NCBI GenBank assembly: GCA_002269645.1
Contig: NIVC01001207.1
Location: forward strand, 1-18,822
Length of the DNA stretch: 18,822 nucleotides
Reading direction: 5' to 3'
Source of the DNA: Macrostomum lignano
Lineage: Eukaryota
The first letter of the stretch is position 1. Each line of letters begins with the position of its first letter. The notes beneath the pieces were generated by a model. It was not told where the DNA came from. It saw only the letters and a list, made by a program, of their open reading frames with translations, and did not search any database. The translations under genes were made by a program, and so were the position numbers. This document shows, one piece after another, positions 1-10,196 of the stretch.

Positions 1-226
1 ATGACTAGGAACCTTTGTGACTAAATTTAGTTTCATTTCTAACAATTAAACAAAGTTAAAAGTTTTGCCTTTTATAACAAGTACTAAGCATTCACTTATT
101 AACATTGTCGTTGAATATTCTGCAATCATTATATAGAGAAAATATTCTAAAATTTAAATTTCTATTTATCTACAATGGTATTTTTAGTTCTAACAACAGT
201 AGAACCTGGAATTGGTTTTTAACTTA

Positions 227-724
227 GGGTGCGTTCGAGTGACTTAAAATGACTTAAACTGCCATTTTAACGTCCTTAGTAAAACAAATGTTAAGCAGAC
301 TAAATGTAAAAATAATCTAGGTAAATGATAGTCAAATTAACAATTAAAAATTAATTCAATTTCTAAAACCGGTCTAAGATTAAAAAACGTCACCTATACT
401 TCTTCCAACTCAACCTGAACGCCTAGGCACCGTTATATTAATTGTTATTACATAGTAGTTTATTTGGACTTGGAATATAGTCACTATTATTGTTGCTACT
501 GTTATATTATTTTTCTATTGGAGTTTTGTACTTTTTCAGCTTGGTTCTTATTCTTCAATATAGTATCTGAGTGAACTTCATGTTATAGTTTTGTCTTTCT
601 ATTTACGTGAAAGCAAATGATAGAACAAAGGTGAAGAATACAAAATATTCAATTACGATAAATTTGTTTTACTAAGGACGTTAAAATGGCAGTTTAAGTC
701 ATTTTAAGTCACTCGAACGCACCC
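227..724. mobile_element. PIF/Harbinger-type (Tourist-like) MITE, 498 bp
   Basis: Perfect 63-bp terminal inverted repeats (227-289 GGGTGCGTTCGAGTGACTTAAAATG...; 662-724 is the exact reverse complement). Flanked by a TTA target-site duplication (224-226 and 725-727). Non-coding AT-rich interior. A 3-bp TWA TSD with GGG termini is typical of PIF/Harbinger. Confidence 0.9.
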
Positions 725-1825
725 TTATTCTTGATAATTTATTAATGATCGTTTCAAGAAAGTCGTCCTTGGATCGTTTGTGTGTGTGAATGTAGGGCCT
801 AGGTAACGGCTACACGAAAAGTGCAGTGTTGTGTTTGGCATGTATCAAAATCTAATATAGTAAATTAACTTTGCACAAGTAGTTAATTAATCTTACAATT
901 ATAAAGCTAAAGCTGTCAACAACAAAGACAAATTACATATTTAGGCCTAGTCCCTTTTTAAAAAATCACTTAGGATATTCATATTCCTAAAGAGAATAAT
1001 CATTTTAAAAAGATATTCTCTTGGTCTTATGGCCTGTAGCCATAGGTCATAGCCATAGGAATGCAAATATTACATTTTTTTACTTTTACCCTATCAATTT
1101 TCACAAAACTTTTATTTATTATAAAATGCCAATGCCATGTCAATACTATTGCTAAACTCGTGCTCAGAAATAACAAATAGGCCTAGCGCCTAGTTTTATT
1201 TTTAAGCTTTTCTTTGACTTTGTGGCATAAGTTCCATGATCCATGACTTATGTCATCACTTATATCCTTTTTATATTACCAATTCCAGAACCAGAATTGG
1301 TTCAAAGCTTTTCATTTGGCTGTTCCATTTTTAGAATCAGTTCCAGAACTGTGATCTAATTCTAGAATTTGGTTTGAGAAATTTTCTTAATCCATTGTCA
1401 CATTTCTACAGAAACAAAAAGACAAATTTGAAATAACATTTCAAAAAGAATACTGGTTTCTTAATATTAAATAAAAATATGTTTATCTTTTAAGAAGTAA
1501 TATAATTAGACAGAAATAGAATTGAAAATTTGATGCTTTTCATTTTCCTATTGATTCTGGTTCTGGAACCAATCTTTGTGAAAAGCCTATTTGAGAGTTG
1601 AACTTTTAAAAAGCATAATTTAAAATTAGAACTAGTATATAAAATTTTTATATATTATAAGAAACTAGTTAATGATTTCTATTTAATTTTTTAACTTGAA
1701 TATGCATTTAAATTTTGTATTGAATTTTGTATTTAAATTTTGAAGGCTTTTTACTTATATGATCTATTTTGGAAAAAGAAAGCTAGTCTATTATTCTTAT
1801 TATTACTTTTGAAAGATGCTTGCTA

Positions 1826-3614
1826 GGGTCCTAGTCATTTACTCAATTGGTGTTTGTGTTTTGTCAACTGGCCATTTTGTCAACTCAGTTTTTGCATTGG
1901 TCATTTTGTCAACTAGCCAATGAAACAGTCTCCAACCTTGGTCATTTCGTCAATTGACCAACAGGGAGTTCCCCAACATTGGTCACTTTGTCAACTGCCA
2001 ATAAACTACCCCTGCCACTAGTAGCCACAAAAATACTAAAACTAAACTATGAAATGACTAAGTTGACAGGCTAATTAATATTTATATCTAGATACCCTTC
2101 TGTGCAACATCTGCCAGTTTCAATTGATGCATCTCTGACTATACATTTACATCTGACTATACATTTACGTGTTTGAAATGTGGAATGTGGCCAAGTCTTA
2201 TGTAGCTGAGCAGGAATGCACAAATCAAAAATGTGCCACTATGATACTATGCCTAATATTGCTCCACTTGCACTTGCAGCCAATCATACTACCCCCAATG
2301 CTGCCTACCACTCCTGTATTCCTTGTTGCACTAGCGCGGTGTGCATAGGTACCAGCAGCGCCTCCAAGTGGAGCAGTTGAATGAGAGGATACAGGATAAG
2401 TTGCACTCTTCTAGCCTACTGCTTCAGTCGCTGATGCCAGCCTTTTACCTTGTTGTTTGTCCGAATGGACTAGCCATAAATGTTTATTTCAGCAGCGCTA
2501 TGCACTAAGTTGGTCAGCCATGTACTATTGACATACTTAGCTAGGTCCAATAAAAGCAGCACTTGCACTTGGGTGACAACTTATATTAGGCTGCGTTGTT
2601 CATATGCTAGTACAGCAGGTAGGGCAGGCCCATCAGCATCCTGGTGAAATTCCAGAAAAAAAGGGTCTTATTAGGTAGGCCTGTTGCAATCCTAGATATT
2701 GAACGCGACAAAATATTTCCTATGCGTAGTGAAAAAGGCAGCCTTGAAGCTAACAATAAGGAAGATGGCTCACAAGGCCTGCCATCCAGTAGCTCAAAGT
2801 TCAGTATGCAGACTTCAGGTGTTGTGTTACCAATTGCCTCCTGCAACAATTGAAATACAACAGTATAGTTGTTGATAGCCTTGCCTGACATAGCGAATGC
2901 CAGGGGCATTGGTTTGACTGACATTGTTCCTTGCTGGATATAGCAGTACACAGAGTAGAGTTGCTTGAATGGTGCATGGATGACATCAAAAGTGCCATCT
3001 AGAAACTATAGCCAATAAGATGCCAGCAGCTTGATTTGATTGGTAGTAAAAAGTAGCAAATGGTGCTTGCTAGTTCCTTCAACTCGAATGTTAGCCTGAA
3101 CAAAATCTGGAGGGATAGGGTCCATAGCCAGATTGAACTGGAGGTCAGATAGGGGGCACTGGATACTCAGCTTCCCAAGCTCTGTTTGCAATGCGCACCA
3201 GTTGACAAATAGTAGGTACTTTCTGGCCAAAGATTCATTGATGCCCGGATGCATATAGGTATGAGTTTGCATATATAGGTGATGCATTTGCATCTAGAGT
3301 ATTTGCATCGGAACATTTAACCTATCGAATATATGTATAAATAGGCATGCAGTTAACATATACTATATTGTAACAAAATTGCAAAGTTTGATTGTTTCAA
3401 ATAAAATTAGGTAATTATTAAAACAAACTCATCAATATAAAAATTATTAAGCTACGCTGCTGTATAAACTAAATATCATTCATATAATAACAATTTTGGT
3501 CACTTTATCAACAAGCAAATAGGGAAGACCTAGGCATTAGTCACTTTGTCAATCACCAGTAAAGTTGCCTTAACTGAGTTGATGAAATACCAATTGATGA
3601 AATGACTATCACCC
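1826..3614 (-). mobile_element. Mutator/MULE DNA transposon, internally deleted and decayed
   Basis: Imperfect TIRs: GGGTCCTAGTCATTTACTCAATTGG at 1826 versus reverse complement of the right end GGGTGATAGTCATTTCATCAATTGG. 8-bp TSD with one mismatch (GCTTGCTA 1818-1825 / ACTTGCTA 3615-3622). Multiple subterminal copies of a ~16-bp GGTCAYTTTGTCAAYT motif at both ends. Internal MULE transposase remnant. Confidence 0.85.
2320..3255 (-). pseudogene. MULE (Mutator-like) DDE transposase remnant
   Basis: Minus-strand translation across stops and frameshifts gives, in order: DLQFNLAMDPIPPDF..HHLLLFTTNQIKLL..DGTF (2999-2988; first Asp), PFKQLYSV..PLAFAM..Y..VF..L, NFE (normally DFE; second Asp), GCLFH (2743-2729; CxxH), VQYLGLQQAY, RMLMGLP, RTNNKVKGWHQRLK (2463-2434; normally RTNNxxEGWH). 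Several in-frame stops. No N-terminal DNA-binding region seen. Confidence 0.9.
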
Positions 3615-4504
3615 ACTTGCTATCTTGGGTGCTTGCTATTTAAGGGGGAAGATGGTTGTCATTTTGGGAATGCTTTTAACTTAAGGGGAATCCATAGTCC
3701 CAAGTATGCACTATGGCCATGCATGCAAGATTTTTTTGCTCTGCATGCTTCACATGGGAAGTTTGGATCAAATCAACCAAATGTGCATCAATAGACCTTT
3801 TTGCATTGCTAAAGAAAAATAAAACTTATGGTAATGCTTTTCTTTTTGCAAGCAAAATACATTTGGTTGCATTTCAGTAATTAAATAATTTATAGCTCTT
3901 TTTTATTCCATAGGCCCCTATATGTAATAGTGTGTACTCTTCTCTCTTCTGTAATGACTTTACTACTATTACCAAGTTGTATTAGGGGTCTTTCTTCTCT
4001 GATTGTAAATTCCACTGATGCCACCAAGTTGTTATAAGTGTTAGGGATTTTCTTTGTTATTAATATATTTAATATTAACCTAGCTATTTCTTAGAATAGT
4101 ATCTAGTACATTTCTAGAAATCGTCTTTATGTATGATAATGTTCTGCTAGCATTCTGGTAGCATTCTGGTATTTAGGCCTGAGCAATCTAGTACTAGTAT
4201 ATGTACTTGTCCAATTGGGCATTACTGAAATCTGAGTGTCACAGCGCTAATTCTCAGTATTCCTTTTGCATAGATCACTAAATATCTTCTTTGCAACCTC
4301 TTTGTATCTTTCTCACAATCCCTTATCCCAAATGAAAAAGTCATCCTTAAGTCTCTCTAGACGTCTAAGTAATAATATTGAACTGAGTGCTTCACTCGAG
4401 TGCTTATATTCAATAATAGAATACATAAGAATTGGCTCCTAAAACATTAAAAGATCAAATCCTAGTAGCTTTGGAAGTAAAAGAAAACGCATTATGTACT
4501 TCTT

Positions 4505-4967
4505 ATGCCATCTCAACAGGACGACACTGAGCTGCTTCAGCCGCTTCTAAATGAAGCAGATGCTGCAGAAGCTGATGCATCAATGCAACAGGAGCAGCAA
4601 ATATCCTCAACAAATCCTGATGCCAGTTCAGATGGCCGGCAGCAGCAGCAGCAACAGACCAATCCTCGTATTCCAGTTTTAACTCGCACCCGAGCCTGGT
4701 TCTGCACCCGCTTAGCCAATGCGCGTCGAGATAGCGAGCTGCTGGACCCCTATCAGGAGGCCAGCCGCAACCTGCCAGCAGCGGTTTGCTCCGGTTGCGT
4801 GCTGGCACTGCTGGCCATGTCCAGCGGCGCGGCCGATTGGTTCTACACGCGAGGCGGCGGCTGTAATCGGGTGTACATTGGCACCGGCGCATTCCTAGCC
4901 AATGGCGAATTGTTTCAACGAACCCGTGGCGATGCCAGTAGTCTGGTGTGGCGCGTTGGCGACGATT
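4505..4967 (+). CDS. TMEM127: TMEM127 orthologue, coding exon 1
   Basis: ORF from ATG 4505. SRNLPAAVCSGCVLALLAMSSGAADWFYTRGGGCNRVYIG resembles human [40 protein letters not shown] (recalled from memory). Donor T|GTAAGC at 4968, phase 1. The start codon is the first in-frame ATG; an upstream exon cannot be excluded. Confidence 0.85.
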
Positions 4968-5194
4968 GTAAGCGAGATTGGATCTTAAGGGGCTTTATTT
5001 GTTTATCTAATTAGATGGCGATGCATTTATATAGCTTAAAAAAGTCATAGTTACTCCCGCCGTCTACCCAGAACATTAGAACGTGGCTTTTCCTAGAAAA
5101 TCATCTGCATCTCCTGCTTAGGCTTGACTTAAATTGGGGAGTTAATTGTCATAAACAATACTGGTATGATAGTAATAATATACTACTATATACT

Positions 5195-5460
5195 GGGGTT
5201 GTAGCCTAGTGGTTACAGCGTCGGACTCACCACTTGAAGGTCGGGAGTTCGATTCTCGACCCATTCGGAACAATTTTTGTCCTTGAGCAAGACACTTAAC
5301 TTTGCAGTGCCTTAGCTCACCCAGCTGGGGTAATTGAGGGTATGTGGCGACCCCCCCCCCTCAGTCCTTGGACTGAACAGCCGTACGCGGCCTTCAGATG
5401 CGCCGCGCAATAGCTGCGACTGAGCTGTCGGTTGCACATCAATTAGTAATCAATTATTTA
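5195..5460 (+). mobile_element. tRNA-derived SINE with conserved central (CORE/Meta-like) domain, in TMEM127 intron 1
   Basis: tRNA-like head with Pol III A box (TAGCCTAGTGG) and B box (GAGTTCGATTC) but poorly pairing anticodon and T stems. Followed by GTCCTTGAGCAAGACACTTAAC...CAGTGCC...CACCCAGCTG, resembling the conserved central domain of animal SINE superfamilies, then a GC-rich 3' part and an AT-rich tail. The 3' boundary is approximate. Confidence 0.8.
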
Positions 5461-5770
5461 TTAGCGAAATCTACGCAAAAAGATAAGATTGGACTAACAA
5501 AATGACATTGCAATTTTGTGCGCTATAAGAAATTCTAAAGGCCCCTCTTATCTACCAATAGATTTAATTTTATTGCCTAAATTCTAGCGCTGAATAGAGC
5601 TTCTCTAGGAAGTATGGGAAGTAATGCTCGTAGGCAGTATAATGCGCTAATTATTTAATAATAGAAATTTGCGCAGACAGATTTAATAGAAAATGACGTT
5701 TTTCGTAATGAAAAAAATATTCTTTAAATAAAAGCTTTTCTGCATATATTTTTTCAATTGCAATTTTTAG

Positions 5771-5941
5771 CGTACATCGACTGCGTTAACAACGACGTTG
5801 TAATTACGGTTCGCACTGTGCTTACACTACTATTAGTAGCTGTTGCGTTCACTATTATGCAACTATTGTTGGATTTATTTGCGCCTAATGCGCGCCTGTT
5901 GAAAGTGGTGCAGTTCAATGCTACTGGCAGTATTACCACTT
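5771..5941 (+). CDS. TMEM127: TMEM127 orthologue, coding exon 2
   Basis: Acceptor TTTTTAG|CG (5769-5770) and donor T|GTGAGT (5942), both phase 1. Encodes YIDCVNNDVVITVRTVLTLLLVAVAFTIMQLLLDLFAPNARLLKVVQFNATGSITT, resembling human [54 protein letters not shown]. Confidence 0.9.
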
Positions 5942-6070
5942 GTGAGTATTTGGCTTTTTTGGGTGGGGAAATATTTGCCTTTTGTTATTCTTACCTGTCA
6001 ATATTTTCTGTTCCACTAAATACTGCATCTTCTTTTGTTAAATATCCTTTCCTGTTCATCTTTACAACGG

Positions 6071-6935
6071 TCCCTGTTCTCAAGTATTCTCCCCTGTTTC
6101 TCTCAAGTATTCTCCCCTGTTCCTCCCAAGTATTCTCCCCTGTTCTTCCCAAGTATTCTCCCCTGTTCTTCCCAAGTATTCTCCCCTGTTCTTCCCAAGT
6201 ATTCTCCCCTGTTCTTCCCAAGTATTCTCCCCTGTTTCTCTCAAGTATTCTCCCCTGTTCCTCCCAAGTATTCTCCCCTGTTCTTCCCAAGTATTCTCCC
6301 CTGTTCTTCCCAAGTATTCTCCCCTGTTCTTCCCAAGTATTCTCCCCTGTTTCTCTCAAGTATTCTCCCCTGTTCCTCCCAAGTATTCTCCCCTGTTCTT
6401 CCCAAGTATTCTCCCTTGTTCTTCCCAAGTATTCTCCCCTGTTTCTCTCAAGTATTCTCCCCTGTTCCTCCCAAGTATTCTCCCCTGTTCTTCCCAAGTA
6501 TTCTCCCCTGTTCTTCCCAAGTATTCTCCCCTGTTTCTCTCAAGTATTCTCCCCTGTTCCTCCCAAGTATTCTCCCCTGTTCCTCTCAGATATTCTCCCC
6601 TGTTCCTCTCGAGTATTCTCCCCTGTTTTTCTCAAGTATTCTCCCCTGTTCTTCCCAAATATTATGCCCTGTTCTTAGATATTCTCCCCTGTTCCTCTCA
6701 AGAGTTCTCCCCTGTTCCTCTTAAGTATTCTCCCCTGTTCCTCTCAAGTATTCTCGCCTGTTCTTTCCAAATATTCTCCCATGTTCTCAGATATTCTCCC
6801 CTGTTCCTCCCAAATATTCTCCCCTGTTTCTCCCAAATATTCTCCCCTGTTCCTCCCAAATATTCTTCCCTGTTCCTCCCAAATATTCTTCCCAAATATT
6901 CTGCCCTGTTCTCAAATATTCTCCTTTGTTCTCCC
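6071..6935. repeat. 23-bp minisatellite (CAAGTATTCTCCCCTGTTYYTCY)n in TMEM127 intron 2
   Basis: About 21 near-perfect 23-bp units from 6081 to 6563, followed by progressively diverged units to ~6935. Confidence 0.95.
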
Positions 6936-7002
6936 AACAGTCTCATTTCACACATTGCGTCAATCTCAAGCCCGATAATGCTTATTCTTATCATCTGATC
7001 AG

Positions 7003-7583
7003 CTCTGGTCTGCGTCACGGCTTGCGGCTTGACCTATTGGGCCGCAGAATTAATCCGAGGTGTACAAGAAGCCACTCAGCTGCGACCGGACAGTCACGTG
7101 ACAGTGTCCCTGTGCTCTGGTTACTATCTAGTTGGAGCAGCCGGTCTCCTATCAATATTAGCCGCCGCATTCAACTGTCTTCATCAGCCTAGGCATATCA
7201 GACGATTGAGGATGTCGCTGACACAGACTCCGGCATCTTCGGCTAGATCGTCGCGTTCCAGACGGCATCGCCGTCGCTCTCAGTCGCAGTCGCAGTCGCA
7301 GTCTAGTAGATCCCGACGTTCTCTATGGCCATTCCGGTTGCGCAACAGGCTGAGCTTGAATAGCGGCGATGTTGTTGTCAATTCGAATCAGCCGTCGGCA
7401 CAGCCGCCGAGCGCTTATCCCGACGACGGCTTAGGACCTCCGCCGGATGACGAGTTCGACGAGGCGCAGCTGTTGCTGGGCATAGCGGATTACGATCCGC
7501 CGGCTTACGAAGTTGAGTTTGGAGAGCAGCCACAGCAGCAGCCATCTGAAGCTGACACTGATGTGGCACCTGTGCAGCCTTAG
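7003..7583 (+). CDS. TMEM127: TMEM127 orthologue, coding exon 3 (to stop TAG 7581-7583)
   Basis: Acceptor CTGATCAG|CT (7001-7002), phase 1. Encodes LVCVTACGLTYWAAELI..SHVTVSLCSGYYLVGAAGLLSILAAAFNCLH, resembling human [49 protein letters not shown]. C-terminal PPAY motif. Exons sum to 1215 nt = 404 aa plus stop. Confidence 0.9.
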
Positions 7584-7850
7584 TTTGTAAACATAAAAAA
7601 ACTGTTTAACACATGTCATTTAATGATCATAGAGCAGATGTTCCAGGTAAAAAAGTTTAATTACTTTTCTTCTGTCTGTGCATGTATGCATAATGCATTC
7701 TATTGTTTATCTACCCAGCTTTGTAACAACAGTAATTTATGTCTACACTGGCATTGTTTGTAATGTTAATCAGTCTTTACTGTGGGGCTGTTGGTTCTAT
7801 CTAGTATAGGCATGATATTCGTATTGTGCCATATTTATTCATACTGTGTC

Positions 7851-8390
7851 CTAGGGTTTCTGGTACTGTCACTCTGTGATGGTGTACAAGGGTTTCTGGT
7901 ACTGTCACTCTGTAATGTGTACAAGGGTTTCTGGTACTGTCACTCTGTGATGGTGTACAAGGGTTTCTGGTACTGTCACTCTGTAATGTGTACAAGGGTT
8001 TCTGGTACTGTCACTCTGTGATGGTGTACAAGGGTTTCTGGTACTGTCACTCTGTAATGTGTACAAGGGTTTCTGGTACTGTCACTCTGTAATGTGTACA
8101 AGCGTTTCTGGTACTGTCACTCTGTAATGTGTACAAGGGTTTCTGGTACTGTCACTCTGTGATGTGTACAAGCGTTTCTGGTACTGTCACTCTGTAATGT
8201 GTACAAGGGTTTCTGGTACTGTCACTCTGTAATGTGTACAAGGGTTTCTGGTACTGTCACTCTGTAATGTGTACAAGGGTTTCTGGTACTGTCACTCTCT
8301 ATGCTCTGTACAGGTTTTTCTGGTACTGTCACTCTCTATGCTGTGTACAAGGGTTTCTGGTACTGTCACTCTCCATTCTGTGTACAAGTT
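7851..8390. repeat. 35/36-bp minisatellite (CAAGGGTTTCTGGTACTGTCACTCTGTAATGTGTA)n downstream of TMEM127
   Basis: 15 tandem units counted by hand. No unique spacers. Confidence 0.95.
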
Positions 8391-9934
8391 TTTTTAAGTC
8401 GTCCTTTCTTCCACTGTACACAATGCATGGTACTCAATTTAATTTTAATATAGTAGGTTTTGGGGGCATTCTTAGTGCTTAAAACATGAACAGCTACGTG
8501 CGTCATATTTTCATATTATATAGTTTAAAATAGTTCCCGCTTCTGAATTTACAGCTGTTATTTAATGTTAACTTTGTACTGCACCTATATATATTACTTA
8601 GTAGTGTATAGTAGTGTGTATTTGATTTGATTTTGTACTTTAATTTTATACTACGAGCGTACTTTCTTTCTATCCAATAGCTTTCTTTATCAACCAAAAC
8701 AAAATTAATAGCCGTCTTTTTGAAATCATATTTCCGCCCCTCAAAATGCTTATTTGTGCATAGAGAAGTTTATAGAAATAAAATTTTACTGTCTTACCTA
8801 AAAAGAGTGATCGTGTACTACTATATGCTACTACCAGTAACAAAGTGTGCTGTGTACATGAAATGTTTTTCAAAAAAAGTGTTGCCATTAGAGTTCAGCT
8901 GCATGGAGTAATGTATTTGCCAAGGACCACTAGAAGTTACCGTTGTATCAGGACGCAACACTCGTAAATATTGCAAATTTATTTGAAGGCCCGCTTGTTT
9001 GCATTGCAGCTGAACTTTAAATGCTCATAACTCCGGACTGGTTGCACTTAAAAAGATATTTTTTTTCGCCAGGTTGCTCAAAATTTTATTTTCTTTAACA
9101 TGATGCAAAGTTTGGCGCTATATCTACATGTAGGAGCGGCGGGCGTACAGTAAAGTAACGGCAATACACAATATTTCATTGCATACAGAATGAATAAAGT
9201 TTCAGTTACTTCAATCATTGCCTCCTAGTCTCGATAAAGTAGCAGACCATACTTTATATCCTCCAGTTTGGAAGCTTTATAAAGCAGATAATCTGTACAG
9301 AGTTGAGTAGGCTGCAAAGGCATTATATACACTTCACTATCAAAAACCAGTATAATCAAAATCAGGAAGGCATAATATTTCCGAAATCTTGGCACACCTG
9401 CCCAACAAGGACTCCAACATTCAAAATCTTTCTTTTGTTGTTGAAATGAACAGTAGGAGTCAAATAAAACTTGTACAGTATCACAACTTTATTTTTATTC
9501 AAGTTCACATTCGATATAAGAATATCTAGTTTCAGAAAAATGCATGCGAAATTAGAAAACAAAGTTAAAAACTAACAGTAAGCCAATGTATTTTAAACAA
9601 TTGAACCTTCATATCAATCAACAATCAAGTCACATTGTCAAAAAGTCTCTTAAAATCACAAAACATAATTAATTACAGTACTTCACTATGGTAGCTCAGC
9701 AGACATTGATGGATGAACATCTAGATTGGATGACTCAGCACAACTGAAATGAAACCAATGTGGGATTAATAAATACATGCTTTGCAATGAACAACAAAAT
9801 AAAAGCCTTGTTTCTAGTTAATGAATATATTTTCTCTATAATCCAACATGTATGAAACAAAGTTTAGAATATCAAAATCATAGCTGGTTTAACTAACATG
9901 AAACTGACAAAATTAAGGTATATTGAATATAGAT

Positions 9935-10196
9935 ATAAAGGTGAATAGACAAGATATGAGAGATAAGAGAAGAGGAAGATGAGAGAGCAGAGAGGAAAGA
10001 TGGAAAAGTAGAGAACAGAGGAAAGAGAAAAGACAAAGAGGAGAGGAAAGATAAGATAACAATGGAGAGAGAAGAGAGGAGAGGGAAAGAAGAGTAGAGA
10101 GCAGAGAATAGAAATAAGAGTTAAGATAAAAGAGGAGGGATAAGAGAGGAGAGAAGGGAGAGATGGCAAGATGATTTAGATGAAATGAAAAAACAA
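9935..10196 (+). repeat. Purine-rich (GA) low-complexity tract, continuing at 11374-11430 after the hAT insertion
   Basis: A/G-dominated sequence on +, with the same composition resuming immediately after the hAT right end. Confidence 0.85.

Noticed and set aside
1-13. ATGACTAGGAACC resembles the reverse complement of the MULE left TIR
   Set aside because: Only 13 nt at the window edge. It could be the end of a related element but cannot be supported without upstream sequence.
4503-4892. Antisense ORFs over TMEM127 exons and over the transposase exons (e.g. 18099-18794 on +)
   Set aside because: Shadow ORFs typical of GC-rich coding sequence, with no independent motif support.
5195-5270. 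Functional tRNA gene
   Set aside because: The anticodon and T stems do not pair properly, and the sequence runs directly into a SINE central domain.
5991-6724. Long ORFs on both strands (168, 229, 77 aa and the tail of the 306-aa ORF)
   Set aside because: They are translations of the 23-bp minisatellite inside a well-supported intron.
7851-8390. CRISPR array (35-bp period)
   Set aside because: Units are contiguous with no unique spacers, there are no cas genes, and the context is eukaryotic.
8940-9150. Sequence reminiscent of non-autonomous DNA transposon interiors (GCTCATAACTCC, CAAAGTTTGG)
   Set aside because: No TIR pair or TSD could be identified.
9185-9540. Minus-strand stretch translating to protein-like sequence (SCDTVQVLFDSYC..FECWSPCW..)
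   Set aside because: Contains stops, has no recognisable motif, and has no convincing splice or terminal context.
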